The position numbers were made by a program, and so were the translations under genes. Under the pieces are notes generated by a model, which saw only the letters and a program-made list of their open reading frames with translations, was not told where the DNA came from and did no database searches. 64,000 bases of DNA, taken from assembly GCA_907165135.1 (NCBI GenBank), contig OU015568.1, positions 124,001-188,000 on the forward strand, read 5' to 3'. Shown here one piece after another: positions 48,900 to 62,118 of this stretch. The stretch is from Oikopleura dioica. Its lineage: Eukaryota > Animalia > Chordata. Positions within the stretch are counted from its first letter, which is position 1. Each line of letters starts with the position of its first letter.

Positions 48900-51000
48900 G
48901 TTGAAAACTTACAAAACATCAACTTTCGTGAACTGTAAAATCGTCTCCAGCGCCGCCAGCAGGGTTCGGTATTTTGAATTCGCAAAATTATTCGTTTTTC
49001 ATTTGAATTTCTATTTATTCGTTTACGAATATTCTCTAATGAGCGAATATGCAAAACGAATGAAAACGAATTTTCTCGGAGAATTTTTCAGAAATTCAGC
49101 GAATTTCTCAAATATTCGCTTTTCCGCGCGCTCTGATTGGTCGGGCTTTGACGTTGCGCAGCCTATAATTTTATTTTCACCGCCCAAATAACCTTATAGC
49201 TCGCGGGCGCCACCCTTTTCTCGCCCGCGGCCCTGGAGTTCAGCCAATCCAGGGCTGTACGCTCAATTTCGAGCGAATATTCGCCCGAATAGGCGATTCG
49301 CGAACAATCGCTCATTCGCTTAAGAAAAGAGCATATTCGCTGCGTGTATTGGCGATTTTTTCGACGAATTCAAAATACCGAACCCTGGTCGTCACGCTCT
49401 TGGGCTTGAATCTTTTCTTTGAAAGAATGAACTTCTTCTTGGGACTCGGCGAGTTTTTCTTGGAGACCGCGGATGCGCGATTCTAGCTCGTTTCGCCGGC
49501 TCCGGTGCATGTTGATTTCAACGTCTTTTCGGGAAAGCTAAAAAGAATTTTTTCAGACTTCGAAAAAAATAATTACTCAAATAGAAAGGTTCGCGGCTTC
49601 TTTTACCAAAAAGGCGCTACGATAAGAAATATCAAATGTACCTGTTCGGCAAACATAATCAAGGCAGTATCAATATTAGCATCCCCATTTTGCATAAGTT
49701 GACCAACTGAATCCGGCTGCTCGTTTTCAGCTCCATCATTTTGTTTTCTCAGAATTTCGATTTCGTTATCCTTGTCAGCCAGAATCTTCTGACTTCGTTC
49801 TCGCATTTGGGCAATTTCGGCTTCGAATTCTGCGATTTTTTCGTTGGCTCGGTTTTCGGAGTCGATTTTTTGCTGATCCGCTAAAGGAAAAGTTGGAGAT
49901 GGCGTTCGAAATCAAGGAAGAGAACCTGAAATCTTTACTGATTCTAGTTTTATCCTGTGCTCTTCGTTGTTCGCGTCGATTTGCTGCTTGAGCTTTTCTT
50001 TCTCCCTCCTGACTGTGACAAGCGTCGCCTTGAGACTTTTGATCTCGTCCTTCAGCTCATCCGCAAATCCGACCGGCTGAGCCTTTGGCGCTGATTTCTC
50101 CTCTACATCCTTTTTTACGAGCTTGATTTTAGTCTCCTCGAGCTCGAGTGACAGCTGTTTGATGTCGTCCTACGCCTGGATAAATAAACGGAAGTAGTCT
50201 TGCTTCTCATCTTGGACCGAGTCTTTTGATGTGTTTGTCGAGGATATGGCTTGGGATTCGCGAAGCTATAAATGAACCTGAACGCTAAAAATAACAAGGA
50301 AAGATAACAATTAGTCAACCAAGGACACAAAAGATAGAAACTAGGCTAAATAAATGGCCAATTTTGATGGGGGTCAAGTGATCATCCAACTATCCAGATT
50401 GATCTTAAAAGATGTCGGACATTTGACCTCATTTTACAACGATAATGAATCGTTAAAAATCGTTATAAAATATCGTTAAATTTCAGTCCGTGTCTACATC
50501 TACGAAGATTCTTACTGACAAAAACCATCGAAATTGAGATACATTTTAAAATTTCCAAATAAAGATAAAAAATACCTGTTCAATAAGTTCTTTTTGAGCA
50601 AGAGTTTTCTGAACCTCAACAGACTTTTCCCTTTCAAGCTCTGAGCAAAGATTCGTCACTCCAGTAATTCTATCTTCAAGTTCTGAAACTTTTGTCTCAT
50701 TTGCCTCAACCGTCGACTTCAATTTTTCTCGAAGTTCTTCGACTGTTTTTTGAAGCGAAGAATTATTTTGCGTGAGTTCGGATATTTTGTCATTTGCGCG
50801 AGTTTTGATATTTTTAATTTCTCCGTTTTTCTCCGCAAGTTTCTTCTTCGCTTGTTCTAGTTTTTCGTCGAACTGTTTGGTCAGATTCTCGTTCGATTCG
50901 GAGGCCTGTTGCTTCGATTTTTCGTCTGAGCGTTTTTGCAAGTTTTTCAATTCTTCTTTCAAAGTTGCGATCTTTTGCTTGAAATCCTCAGATTTCTTGC
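48900..51000 (-). pseudogene. Long coiled-coil golgin (GCC1/GCC88-like) with a truncated GRIP domain
   Basis: Multiple E/K/Q-rich exons; MRERSQKILADKDNEIEILRK and FAEQ|LSRKDVEI...LESRIRGLQEKL resemble the GCC1 C-terminus; AALETILQFT resembles the GRIP end. The 5' extent is uncertain. Confidence 0.6.
48960..49387. mobile_element. hAT-type MITE
   Basis: TIR CAGGGTTCGGTATTTTGAATTCG / CGAATTCAAAATACCGAACCCTG; flanks match only 5 of 8. Confidence 0.85.
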
Positions 51001-54000
51001 GTTCGGAGTTAAATTTAACAAGAATTTAACATGGTACCAGATATGTGAATATATTTATTCCAACATTAAATTTTCCATGAGGAATTTAAACAGTTCGATT
51101 TTAAAGTATCTCCTGGATTTATATCGGTGTCTAAACTTGCATAAAATGCATCATTTTTTCTTCGGGTAAAATTAAACCTCCGAGAAAGGATTTTATTCAG
51201 TTATCTCTACTCGGTGCATCTAGTGGTACCACGGCTGATATTTTGGCAAGATTCTCTGACGATAGCATCAAGCCTCAACGTCGATTCAGCGATATAAAAT
51301 GCCTCGAAACTTAGGTCCTATTTTTTGTAGAGCTGTACTCATCGCTAGTCAGAAAAACTTATCTTCACGAAAGTAGCTTCCGTCCAAATTCAGAATTTTT
51401 TTCCCAGTCGAAAATTGAATTTTCTCTCAAATTTACCTTTTGTAGCTCTCTGTTTGCAATTTTGGAAGCATTCGTCTTTTTGGAATCCATATAACATATC
51501 TTGCTCGTTGTTTTCGTCGTCTGGTTCGGCTACTGCAAGTACTGCTGCAGGAAAAACGCAGAAAAATGACTAAAAAAGCAAAAACTGCATTTATAATGCT
51601 TTAGGTTTAAAACATGAAAAACAGCGGCGACGGAAAATCCTCGATTTCCTCCAAATCCGCCGGTATCGGCGTAGGCCCGGCCAAAAAGCCGCCCATGGAA
51701 ATCTCCGTTCAAATCGACGCGGATTCTGAAGACGTTGACGATGTTCCTCCAGCGCCATCTGCTGCCCGTGCTTTTTGCTTTTCAAGAAAACAGGCGGAAT
51801 AATGGTGATTCTAATTAAATACTTCAGTTGCTTCACACTCATTTAGGGAGAAGCATTTGTGGAAAAAGTAACGAGGCCATTCATAAAGCCGCAAAAAAGG
51901 CTACAAAATCGTCGGATCAGACACTGACTCCGTCGCAGAGGAACACTCAGAAGCAAACACAGAAAAATACGGCTCCGTTTCCGACCGATTCTTTTAGCTC
52001 GATATATTTGTAGACTCACTGCCCATTTATCGAAATAAATATACTTACGCACGATATCGCGACGGAAAGAGAGGAAGGGACGATAACATCGTCCTTTCAG
52101 ACTCAGTTGGCATCAGATTGCCGATTTTCAGAGCATCTACTAGTGAAGGAGCTTGATTACTTAGCTTTGAGTCCCTGAAATGAAGTTGAAACATTTTGAA
52201 GAATTGAATTTTTATTTAAAAGAAGCGAAACGAGTGCTCAAAATTTTCAAATAGTCTTGCGTTGTTTCCTTTGTTCTTTAAGTACTTTCGTGGAAATTAA
52301 GGACTCGACAATCTACACTGTAGATTCTACAGGCTATTTTCAAAGCACTTTTTGACTCATGATTCAGTTTCTTCAATCCATTCTGCCCGAAAAAACTCAC
52401 TCGAAAACTTCACCTTTCCAATGGAAAATCGTCTTCCTTACAGCGCATTATTCAACTTGTCCCTCTTCCGATCATTCAAGTTGCAACGAGAGTATGAGAG
52501 TGTCAAGATTCTTGAGGAGACTATTCAAACTAAGAACCGCACAAGGGAATTCCTTTATGGTTTGCTATCTGTCAAACAAAAGTCGTTTCGATAACTCAGC
52601 CCTAACCCTAACCTTAATAAAATTTAGAAAAAATTTCGAAGAGCTTTGTTTATGATAATGACACCTTTAACGACCTAGGTCTGGTGAAAGTTTGAACCTC
52701 AAAAATGATCCACTGCAAAGTCAAAAAGCTGACGAGAGACTTTGTCCTTGAAAACAATCTGTTCAACAAGCAGTTTCTCTACAGTAAGGCTTAAATTTAA
52801 ACCTTGAGATCAAAGACCCATTTCTCAGCTAGTGGGATGAAAGCGTCGACCATGCCTGGATACAGCAGAAGTATTTCTGGCTGGACTCTCGCTGAAGCTT
52901 GGAAACAAGGACAAGACCAGATGCCCATTTGCTTTCCAGATCTATGTACGAAAAATAATATATTTGATTATTTGAAATTTTCAGGGGTAAATCACTTGGA
53001 TCAAGAAGATTGGCAACTGAGAGTTTTCTTGAGAGACCTTCCTTCAAAAAATCGAGTTCTCTGCATTCAAAATTAGAAATAAATATTAAGAAACGACCGT
53101 TAAGTGATTTGAGATTGTAACACGAGCGAGGCGTGTTTAGGGGACAAGCAGAGACAGTTTTGTGGTTTTTGCAAATTGAATTACAGTCCTTACGCACAAT
53201 TCCGGAGATTTCGACAAAAAATCGAGCATCGGGCATTTTTTAAGAGAAAAACTGGGAATCTCCGCTTTTGTTTTTGGTTTTTTCATGCTTTTCTGCAAAG
53301 AAAATAACTGTTTCATGAAACCTTTATCGTCGATATGGTCCGATATCAACTCGAGATCTCATTGCTTGCGAGAGAATTGATCCCTGTCAGATCCTCAATT
53401 ATCACTGCTGCTACCGTTCCTGTTGCGAAGACGTACTTTGGTAAGCCCGTCGAACGGGACGATTACTTGGCCTACCACAGAAAAGGCTCCACCTTTGACA
53501 CCGTGTATTCCTGTATCATAAAAAAAGGTCGACTCTCTAAACAGCGGCTTCAGATTCCACGATTTCCTCCCTGTATGCAAGAGTCTCATATTCCTTTCAA
53601 AGAGTCTGACCAAAGCTTTCAATTTAAATTTTGAATTTCCAAATATCAAGAAAATCTTCTTCGACTGGTCGACCTTTTTCAGTTATATTCGCGCTTTGTG
53701 TACAAATGTGTAAATAGAACAAGCACTGCCCGGCTCATTTTTTTCGAAGAGGAAGGTGTTTGAGCGTCAATTGTCGTATCTGATTTCTTCAAACTAAAAT
53801 TTGGTTACCAAATAGCCACGATTCTCTTGAAGCTCTTGATGGTTTCGTCGTCTACGTCTCTTTCGTCGTTTTTGTTCTTGACTTCTGGCAGTTTCTGGTT
53901 GATCGTAAGACTTCTCCGTGTCGTCCTCCCAAAGCTTAACTTCCTTCTCTTCCGACATAATTTCTGAAAACGGCGAGTGATGAGTCTTCGTTGATTTCGA

Positions 54001-54562
54001 TTTTTTACTGAAATCATATTTGCCCATCAGATAACACTTTCATGGTTCCATTTTCTGATGAGCTTTCAGAAAACTTGGCTCCGATCAACCCACTGAAAAC
54101 CCTTGTCAACTTGGGCATTTCTAGAAAGTCTTTCAGATTCGAAAGAAATAGGCCAGTCAAAGCCTCTAGACTCTAGACTTGAGAAAATTTCATTTCCAGA
54201 TTTATTTTCAGTTTGAACTAGTTTCAATTGGAAACTTTCAAAATTCAATTTTTTCAATTGCTGAAGGTCCCGGCCAGAGAACACGATCGTAAGTTAATTT
54301 CAATTTCTCTTAGACAATAGCTTAAAGGCTTTAAGTTAAAGCTGAAATTCAGATTACTCATTTCTGATAAGATAGAGAATATTTTGTAGGCCTATTCATT
54401 TTAAATGAGAAGTTTCTCCTCTTCTTGTTTTTTTTCAATTCAAATTTTTTTTTGATATCGGTACCAGAAGGGATTTAAATTTTTACTGTAAGTCATTAAT
54501 AGCTCCTGATTTATTTGTTTAAATATATTCATTCCATTTTTGCTTGAAAATTATTTCAGGAG

Positions 54563-54962
54563 ATGAGCGAATTGCCGAAAATCAGTAAGGAGGACACCTT
54601 CGTCCTGAAATTTCTGAAGGACACGGGATGCATGGAGACGTACCGACTTTTCAAGAAAAGAGTGATGAAAAAATTCCTCCTCAAATATATGGTCGCAACA
54701 GGACGGAAAGAAACGTGGATGGAATTGATGGAACATTCGTCGGACGAAGAAATGAATGAAGAAGAAGAAATGCGAAGAGCGGACGAAGCGAGAGCAAAAA
54801 GTAAGTGTTTCTTCATTTGCAAATTTTAACTAATTATTTTAAGGATCGAAGGTGCCGGAGAATCTGAGTTGGCGTGATATCGAGTCGACGTTGGCCTGCC
54901 CATCCTGCGGTGCCCGAATCTCGAAGGACTTGGAGGAAATGAACGCGCATCTCGCCGCTTGT
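54563..54962 (+). CDS. Small protein with a LisH-like N-terminus and a C2HC zinc-finger-like motif
   Basis: DTFVLKFLKDTGCMETYRLF...acidic tract-[intron]-...LACPSCGARISKDLEEMNAHLAAC; 3' end not traced. Confidence 0.5.
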
Positions 54963-56313
54963 GAGTACTCCTTATACTAGTTTATATTTCACTGTAGTTT
55001 GATTTTTATTTTGTTTGGCATATAATGAAATCTGAATAAAAGAATGAGCTCAAGGAGCAACTCAAGATCTTTTGATTTTATTCGATTAATTCGTTATTTC
55101 GCAGGCTAAAAATCTGAGTCAGAGTTGGAGCTTATAACTTATAAACGCACTTATAATCAAATATTATCAAATGAACAAGAAAGAACGCGATTTGCAGCAA
55201 CTTAATCCGTATCCAACGTAAGATTGATTGACCGAGCGGGTGCGACAAGCCTTAAATGCCAAGCCATAAACAGAATGCCCTTATCCTTAAACAGACTTCG
55301 AGCAGCGCGAGATGATATCAACACTAGCTGCATTTTATTTTTATTAATCCTTCTTGTTAGAAAGAAAAACGGTTTTATTTTTGTGGATTTATAAAGTGCG
55401 TTTCAAAATTTCTGACCGCTGTTAAAATCATCAAAAATCAATGCTGCTAATGGATGTTGATCTCAACGAATTCTTCTTTGTTGAAACGATTTAGATGATA
55501 AATTCGGATTGAAAATGTGGCCGCAAGATCCAAGAGAAAGAATTGTGTTGATCTTTTGTTTATTTCATATTTATTGATTCCGTCGCTGTGTTATCTTTTG
55601 TGTTTGACAGTGCTTGGGCTTCTGTGCATCTCGTTCTATCTCATGTTTCTTATCATAGAGGCAACTTGTGCATACGAATTTGAAGTTTTGTCCCTGTCCT
55701 CTTCTTTTCGAGAAGATATGATTGAGAAAAAAAAAGTTGGGTTTCTCTTTGTTTTCAATATTGCCTTGATCTGGGCTCGGCAACCTGTGCTGAAAATCTG
55801 AGTCAGGATTTGAAGGAGCTTCCATAAAAAAACTGCATGAAAAACGAGTCAATTTCACTCAAATTTCGGGGTCGAAAGCTACACATCCGTCGCTCAACTC
55901 CAACGTTATGCATAATACACTTTTATCTTTCCAAATAAAAAATAATGAGAGTTAAATTTACTGATTGACAGAATTCCTCAAAAATCGTGAAGAATCGCAG
56001 GTATGAGATCAGTGACGGTAAAGAAGCCATTTTCTATAAAAAATATTCAAAAATAACTTTCGAAGACTCTGTCAAAAAATTGTTTTAAAGATTAGAATTC
56101 TAACGAAAAAGAAGTCTCCCTTTACTTCAACGGAGAAAATAAACCTGTAATCGCGCGCAGACTCGGTTTGAGAGTTACTACGGCTTACGCGATTTGAGCG
56201 AATCATTGGTAAGTCCTTGTGGATGGCCCGGTAGCGCGCCAAACTGATTTTTGTCGAAAATGTCGATAAATTTCTATAAGTAAAACCAACTGTAGAAAAA
56301 CTTGGAACCGTTA

Positions 56314-56860
56314 CCTACGGTTCGCCAGGAAATCAACGATTTGCCAGGAAGGTATTTTTTCTTTCCTGGCGAACCGTAGGTCTGTTCTAGAAACTTGATT
56401 GTTGGCAAAATTTATGAAATTTATTTATTGAATTTTTCTGAAAGAAGGGTTAGGGTATAATTGATTTCCATCGATTCAAGTTTTTGACATTTATCGATAG
56501 ATTTTTTCTATAAAAAGGGTTAGGGTTGAATTGATTCCCAACGATTCAACTCTCAAACTCATCACTCTAAGCTTGAAACGCGGCTTCAATGATAGTATCT
56601 TTCGACCCCCAACTACATATCTCATTTGCGAACTCAATGGACTCAGTATTTCATAGAACAGTGCGTCTGGCACTGTATTAAGGTTCTCTTCGTCTTCAAT
56701 ATCTGTAAAACGTCCTAATCTTGAACAGACATCAAAAAACAAGATCTATAGGACCGTTCTAGAGTGTCCAAAAATGACCTACGGTTCGCCAGGAAAAAAT
56801 GGTATTTTTTCTATCCTGGCGAACCGAAGGTGATGGGGCATTTCCTGGCGAACCGTAGGT
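56314..56860. repeat. Hairpin-bounded ~550-bp repeat, copy 1
   Basis: Near-identical to 57609-58155; bounded by CCTACGGTTCGCCAGGA..TCCTGGCGAACCGTAGG palindromes; contains GGGTTAGGGT twice. Confidence 0.85.
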
Positions 56861-56912
56861 CACCCGATTACTCGGGGAGTCCCGAATTTTTGTTAAAAAT
56901 ATTCAAGTCTAA

Positions 56913-57505
56913 GATGAATTTAAAAAACTTTTTGCAGGCGAAATTCTGACTTGGTCTGATCTGTAGCCCTTTAGAAAGCCCGTAAAATTTTGAGTCGATT
57001 CGACCAAGTCGTTTTTGAAATTTTCTAGAGAATGACGTCACAAATGACGTCAGAAAATTCCAAAAAGCCGAAACTTTGAGTCTTATTTTTATAGCGTTCC
57101 TGATCGAATTTTTCGGTGCTCTATAGCTCAAATGAAAGCTTATTAAAAACTGTACTAAGGTTTTTAAGGATAAGGAAAAAAATTTTGAAAAATTTGGCTC
57201 TAGAATTTTCCGAAAAAAAATTTCAAGCATATGAAAATCCAAGAAAAACCTTAGTACAGTTTTTCATAGGGATCAATTTGAGCTATAAAACATGAGAAAA
57301 TTCCGTCAAAAAGGCCCAGAAAAAACGACTCAAAGTTTGCCCGAAATGGCTATTTTTGCCAACTTCTAGCGTCATTTATGACGTCATCGTCTGACTGTTT
57401 TGGTCTGAAACTAGTCCAGTCGACTCAGAATTTTACGGGCTTTCTAATGAATATAAAAAGAGGCAAAGTCAGGATTTTGCCTGCAAAAAGTTTTTTAAAT
57501 TCATC
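56913..57505. mobile_element. ~590-bp MITE (family of 8276-8864, opposite orientation)
   Basis: TIR GATGAATTTAAAAAACTTTTTGCAGGC / GCCTGCAAAAAGTTTTTTAAATTCATC; interior is the reverse complement of the 8.3-kb copy. Confidence 0.85.
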
Positions 57506-57608
57506 TAATGGAAGTCTACTGCGGAGCCTTTGTCTGAACACCCAGATTATCTGATACCTTAATATTTATGAAACTTCTTTAAAGATGATTACTTTGAAAA
57601 CCGAATTT

Positions 57609-58155
57609 TACCTACGGTTCGCAGGAAATCTACGATTTGCCAGGAAGGTATTTTTCTTTCCTGGCGAACCGTAGGTCTGTTCTAGAAACTCGATTGTTGG
57701 CAAAATTTATGAAATAAATTCATTGAAGTTTTCTGAAAAAAGGGTTAGGGTATAATTGATTCCCAACGATTTAAGTTTTTGACATTCATCGATAGATTTT
57801 TTCTATAAAAAGGGTTAGGGTTGAATTGATTCCCAACGATACAACTCTCAAACTCATCACTATCAGCTTGAAATGCTGCTTCGATGATAGTATCTCTTGA
57901 CCTCCAACGACCCATTCTCATTGGCGAACTCGAGGGACTCAGTATTTCGTAGAACAGTGCGTCTGGCACTGTATTAAGGTTCTCTTCGTCTTCTAATATC
58001 TGTAAAACGTCCTAATCTTGAACAGACATCAAAAAACAAGATCTATAGGACCGTTCTAGAGTGTCCAAAAATGGCATACGGTTCGCCAGGAAAAAATGGT
58101 ATTTTTACTTTCCTGGCGAACCGTATGTAATTGGGCATTTCCTGGCGAACCGAAG
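57609..58155. repeat. Hairpin-bounded ~550-bp repeat, copy 2
   Basis: Direct repeat of 56314-56860. Confidence 0.85.
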
Positions 58156-59750
58156 GTCTCCCGAATTTTGCATCAGAACAATTTGCCAACTCGTCAGGAT
58201 TCGAAGTCTGTGAGTCTCAAAAGGAGTCGAAACCTTTTCGGAATCGAGCCTTCCAAAAGCTCAACAGAACCTCGGGTTTGTCGGACGTTGAAGCTGTCGA
58301 TCATCTGCTCGGCACAGGCCTCAAAAAGATAAAAGTTTATATTTAGCTGGTGAAATTTTTCTTTATGGTTTTTCCATTTTCGAGAATTTCCTTCAATTGG
58401 ATGTGCATCAAAAAACATTTAATGATTTTGAACCGCGAATCGTCTTATTTGGGTTACTGAAGTATCCTAACTATTTGTTGACCAAAGGTTAACTCGCTCA
58501 ATGCATCACATGTTGGCTGGCAAAGGATCTTTGATCATCGAAGTAAAAAGTTTGACAAACCCAATTTCTAAAAGAGCGTTGACTTAGAGTTTTGTTGAAG
58601 AAATCAAGACTAACGATTCTTGCCGAGAAGTCTTTGTTCTCGAATTACGTGCTTTTTCGAAGAAGAATTTACAATTAAATTGTTCACAATAGATCTTCTT
58701 TTACTTTCCGAAAGACAAACAAATTTTCCTTCAATCCGGCAAGAGATGAAATTCCCTGGCAAAATTAAATGACCCATCGAAAAAAAATCAATTGTGCCCA
58801 AAGAGAAAGAAATTGAGAAGCATTCCATCACATTGAAGACCATCGAATGACTGGGAAACACTCTGTATTCTTCTCCGATTTTGTTTTAATGATTAAAAGT
58901 GCGTCCGCCGAAGTCAATTTATGAAATAGTTCTCTAATTCGCGATCGAGGCAGTTAATTCATTCCATGTTTTTCAAAGTTCCAGTATTTTATAACGACTT
59001 TCCGAACGACTGAACTTTTAGAGAGAATTAAAAACCTCGACTGCAGTTCACTCCCGATTTAGCTGTAATTTGAATGTGGACTCGATTCTGTAAATTGAGC
59101 AAAATCGTCGGAGAAAAAAAGTTGTCCCCTTTGAATCCGTGGTAAATCGAGGGAAAATGAGCATTACACCGCTTTCTCAAATAAAAACGCGTTCCAACTC
59201 CATAAGAGCTTTCCGCGCATGTTTCTTGAAAGTCAAAGAGAACTTCTCGTCCCAATCTGGACTCCGTCAGGAACAAGAACCGGTCGTTATTGGTAAGATC
59301 TTTCTCTTACTTTCGACTCCTTGTTGATTTCAAAGGCTTCTTCCATTTTTTCGGGTGCTCTGATTCTTTCGATAACAAAAGTGCAGCAAGAATTTTCAAC
59401 AGGATAATTTCAAATAAATAATTTATTTGGCCTTTTTAATGTTCCGGAATTTGCTTTTGTTATTTACCTGCTTCAAGTGGCGATTTAGAGAGAACGACTC
59501 ATCGGTTGATTTTTCTTCCCACTTTCGCGATGATTTCTAGAGCATCTGATATCTTTTGCGCAGTTTTTATGGAAAAGGTAAACATCTTTATTTTCTTTCT
59601 CAACAAGCCATAATTTCTCATTTTCATGAGAAACTTGAGATTATTTTTCTTGTCGAGCTGCTTACTTTTGACTTTTTTTTGGCCGAGATACAAAAAGAGA
59701 GAGTATACGAACATGTTACATGTATGATTACCGACTTCAAATCAATTCAG

Positions 59751-60993
59751 TTACTTTCCGCCATCGAAAACGATCGCGAACAAAGTCAACTTTCTTTGTT
59801 ATTTCTGCTGGCTGCCCTTCACCGTCACCAATTTCTTCAAAGCGATCCTCCTCGGCCCCGGCTACGCGCCGAAGGGCTGGGAGCCAAAAGTTCTCGGAGA
59901 CGAGCAGTTCCTACAGTTTTGCCAAGTGTGTCAAGGATTCAAGCCGCCGCGCGCCCATCACTGCCGAAAATGCCAGCGCTGCTTCTTGAAAATGGACCAT
60001 CATTGCATCTGGCTCAGCCAGTGTGTTGGGTACGCTTTTGTTTCCACCCCCTTCTTACTATATTTGTAGTTATCGCAACCAAGCGTCGTTCATGTACTTC
60101 TTGTTCGGAGCCGTTTTCGGAGCTCTTCACGGAACATTCCATATCATCTTCTTTTCTAATCAACAACTCTGGGTTAGACTCACTCTTCAGCCGAATCTCG
60201 TCCTGGGGGTTTTGATTTCTTCCGGATTCGGAATTGGAACAGGTAGATTATTTGAAGAAAAGCTCTCGAATTCGGTCTCTCAGCTTTCTTTCGATCCCCA
60301 AGGCCGAAGGGGGCTAATTCCTCTTCATTTTTTATTTGAAGCTCAATCATCAACATTTATTTTTCAGTAATTGCCGTTGGTGTGTTACTGTACTCGCAAC
60401 TGCAGATTGTTTTCACAAACATGACTGGCATCGAATCTTGGATCGTCGAAAAATCCAACTGGAGACTGAACGAAGACAAAAAAGATGAAGAAAAAATACA
60501 GTTCAATTATCCATACGACTTGGGAAGAAGCGTAAACTTCTTGCAAGTTTTCGGGAAGGACGAAAAAGTTGATGGATTTTATTTCCCGGTGAAAGAGGGG
60601 TGCAATATTTACAGTCTGACAATCGAGCAGCTTTTGCAGAAGAAGATCAAGGAAGTGAGAAGCGTTCCCTTCAAGTGCATCAAGTCCTACAGGTACTTTT
60701 ACTTACGCTTCTCATCTTGTAAAATCATTATTGGTCGAAAATGCCCGTTTCTTTCCTTTCCAAAGATCGCGATCTTCACTCCCATCCTCTCCGATCTTCT
60801 GCCAATCGAAGAAGAAGACGACATCATCATCACTCGCGGTAAAGAGCACTGGTACTACGGATACAAAGCTGGAAACATGGAAAAACGAGGATTCATGCCA
60901 AAAACTTCGCTTCAACCTGTCAAAGAGCCAAAAAAAGGATCTCTTGTTAATTCATTTTCCACACATTTTTTTCTTCACTGTTTATTAAAATAA
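59751..60993 (+). CDS. ZDHHC6: DHHC palmitoyltransferase ZDHHC6-like (first exon not found)
   Basis: LGPGYAPKGWEP, QFCQVCQGFKPPRAHHCRKCQRCFLKMDHHCIWLSQCVG|YRNQASF, TGIESWIVEK, YPYDLG, PVKEGCNIYSLTIEQL, and an SH3-like tail TRGKEHWYYG...RGFMP. Confidence 0.88.
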
Positions 60994-61071
60994 GACATGT
61001 TCAAATTAAAAGCCAAAATTTTACAACAAAGGTTAGTTGAAAAATTTATTTCATAAAATATAAAAGAAAGG

Positions 61072-62118
61072 CTATTCGGACAAATCAGTGAGCATCTTCA
61101 AGCCTCTGCTATCAAAGTGCATGACCATGTAATTCACAAACTGTTCGAAAAACCACGATCCACCAGATTCATTTTTTCCAGTTCCAACTGTTTTGATCGC
61201 GGAAGCAAACCAGGTCTCAACTTTCGGGAAGACGATATCTTTCAGCTTTTCCATCGTGTTTTCGTATCCCTTCTTCTTGATCCCTTTAGTGAGAAAGGTT
61301 GTCAAACTTGTCCTGATAAAAGCCGGGTTATAAAAGAGTTGCTCAATCGATCTCGAGAAGTTGATCTGAATAACAGGTTGAAATAAGACCGAGAACTCTT
61401 TACTAAACGTACCACATGAGACTTGGTTCCAGCATAAATAGGATTAGCATCCAAAGCAGTCAGCCCAGCAGAAGAACCCATGTGCATCAAGACGCCCTTC
61501 TTTCTCTCAAGCATCCCTTCGAAATATTCAAAAAATAATTTTTGCTATAAAAGTACCTGGCAAAACCATGCGGGTCATCAAGACAGGAACCTCCGCGTTC
61601 AAATACATAATCTTGGTAACTTTGGAAGGAGTCGATCCAGCGTAGTTCCAGAAGGCTTTCTTTTCTTCAGACATTCCCGCGTTGTTGAAGAGAATACTGA
61701 TCTTCTGCTTGAGCATTTCATTTTCGAAAGAAGCGTACACGTCTGCATCGTGGAGGGTGGTAAGGTCCATGACTTTGGTGATGAGGGAAATTGAGTACTA
61801 AAACATATTGATTCTACTTGATAACAGACGCGATTTCGCATCTTTCTAGGCAAAATTTTCTTCGATCTCCTTTGCCGTTTCGTCCAATTTTTTCTAGTTG
61901 AAATCAACAAGGATCAAGTTGATGCCCCTCTTCGCTAAATACAACGCACACTGTCTTCTAATCCCTTCAGCACCGCCGGTAATCAAAGCATATCCATCCT
62001 CAGCGACGCCTTTGAAATCGAAATCTCTGGCGAAATAATACAACGAGCAAATCTTCAATTGATTGTACAAAAATTTCGCGACGACGAAACCGCCCAAAAT
62101 CTAGGTCAAAAGCTCCAT
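61072..62118 (-). pseudogene. SDR of the HSD17B12 / very-long-chain 3-oxoacyl-CoA reductase type, disrupted
   Basis: YALITGGAEGI..CALYLAKRGINLIL, ILFNNAGM, MLERKKGVLMHMGS, catalytic YAGTK; in-frame stops at codon 6 and after LVDFN. Confidence 0.85.

Noticed and set aside
51614-54030. Gene models for scattered exon-like segments
   Set aside because: No recognisable family motif and inconsistent frames; left unannotated.
56491-57969. ORFs 56491-56742 and 57745-57969 as genes
   Set aside because: They are frames within the duplicated hairpin-bounded repeat and differ by indels between the copies.
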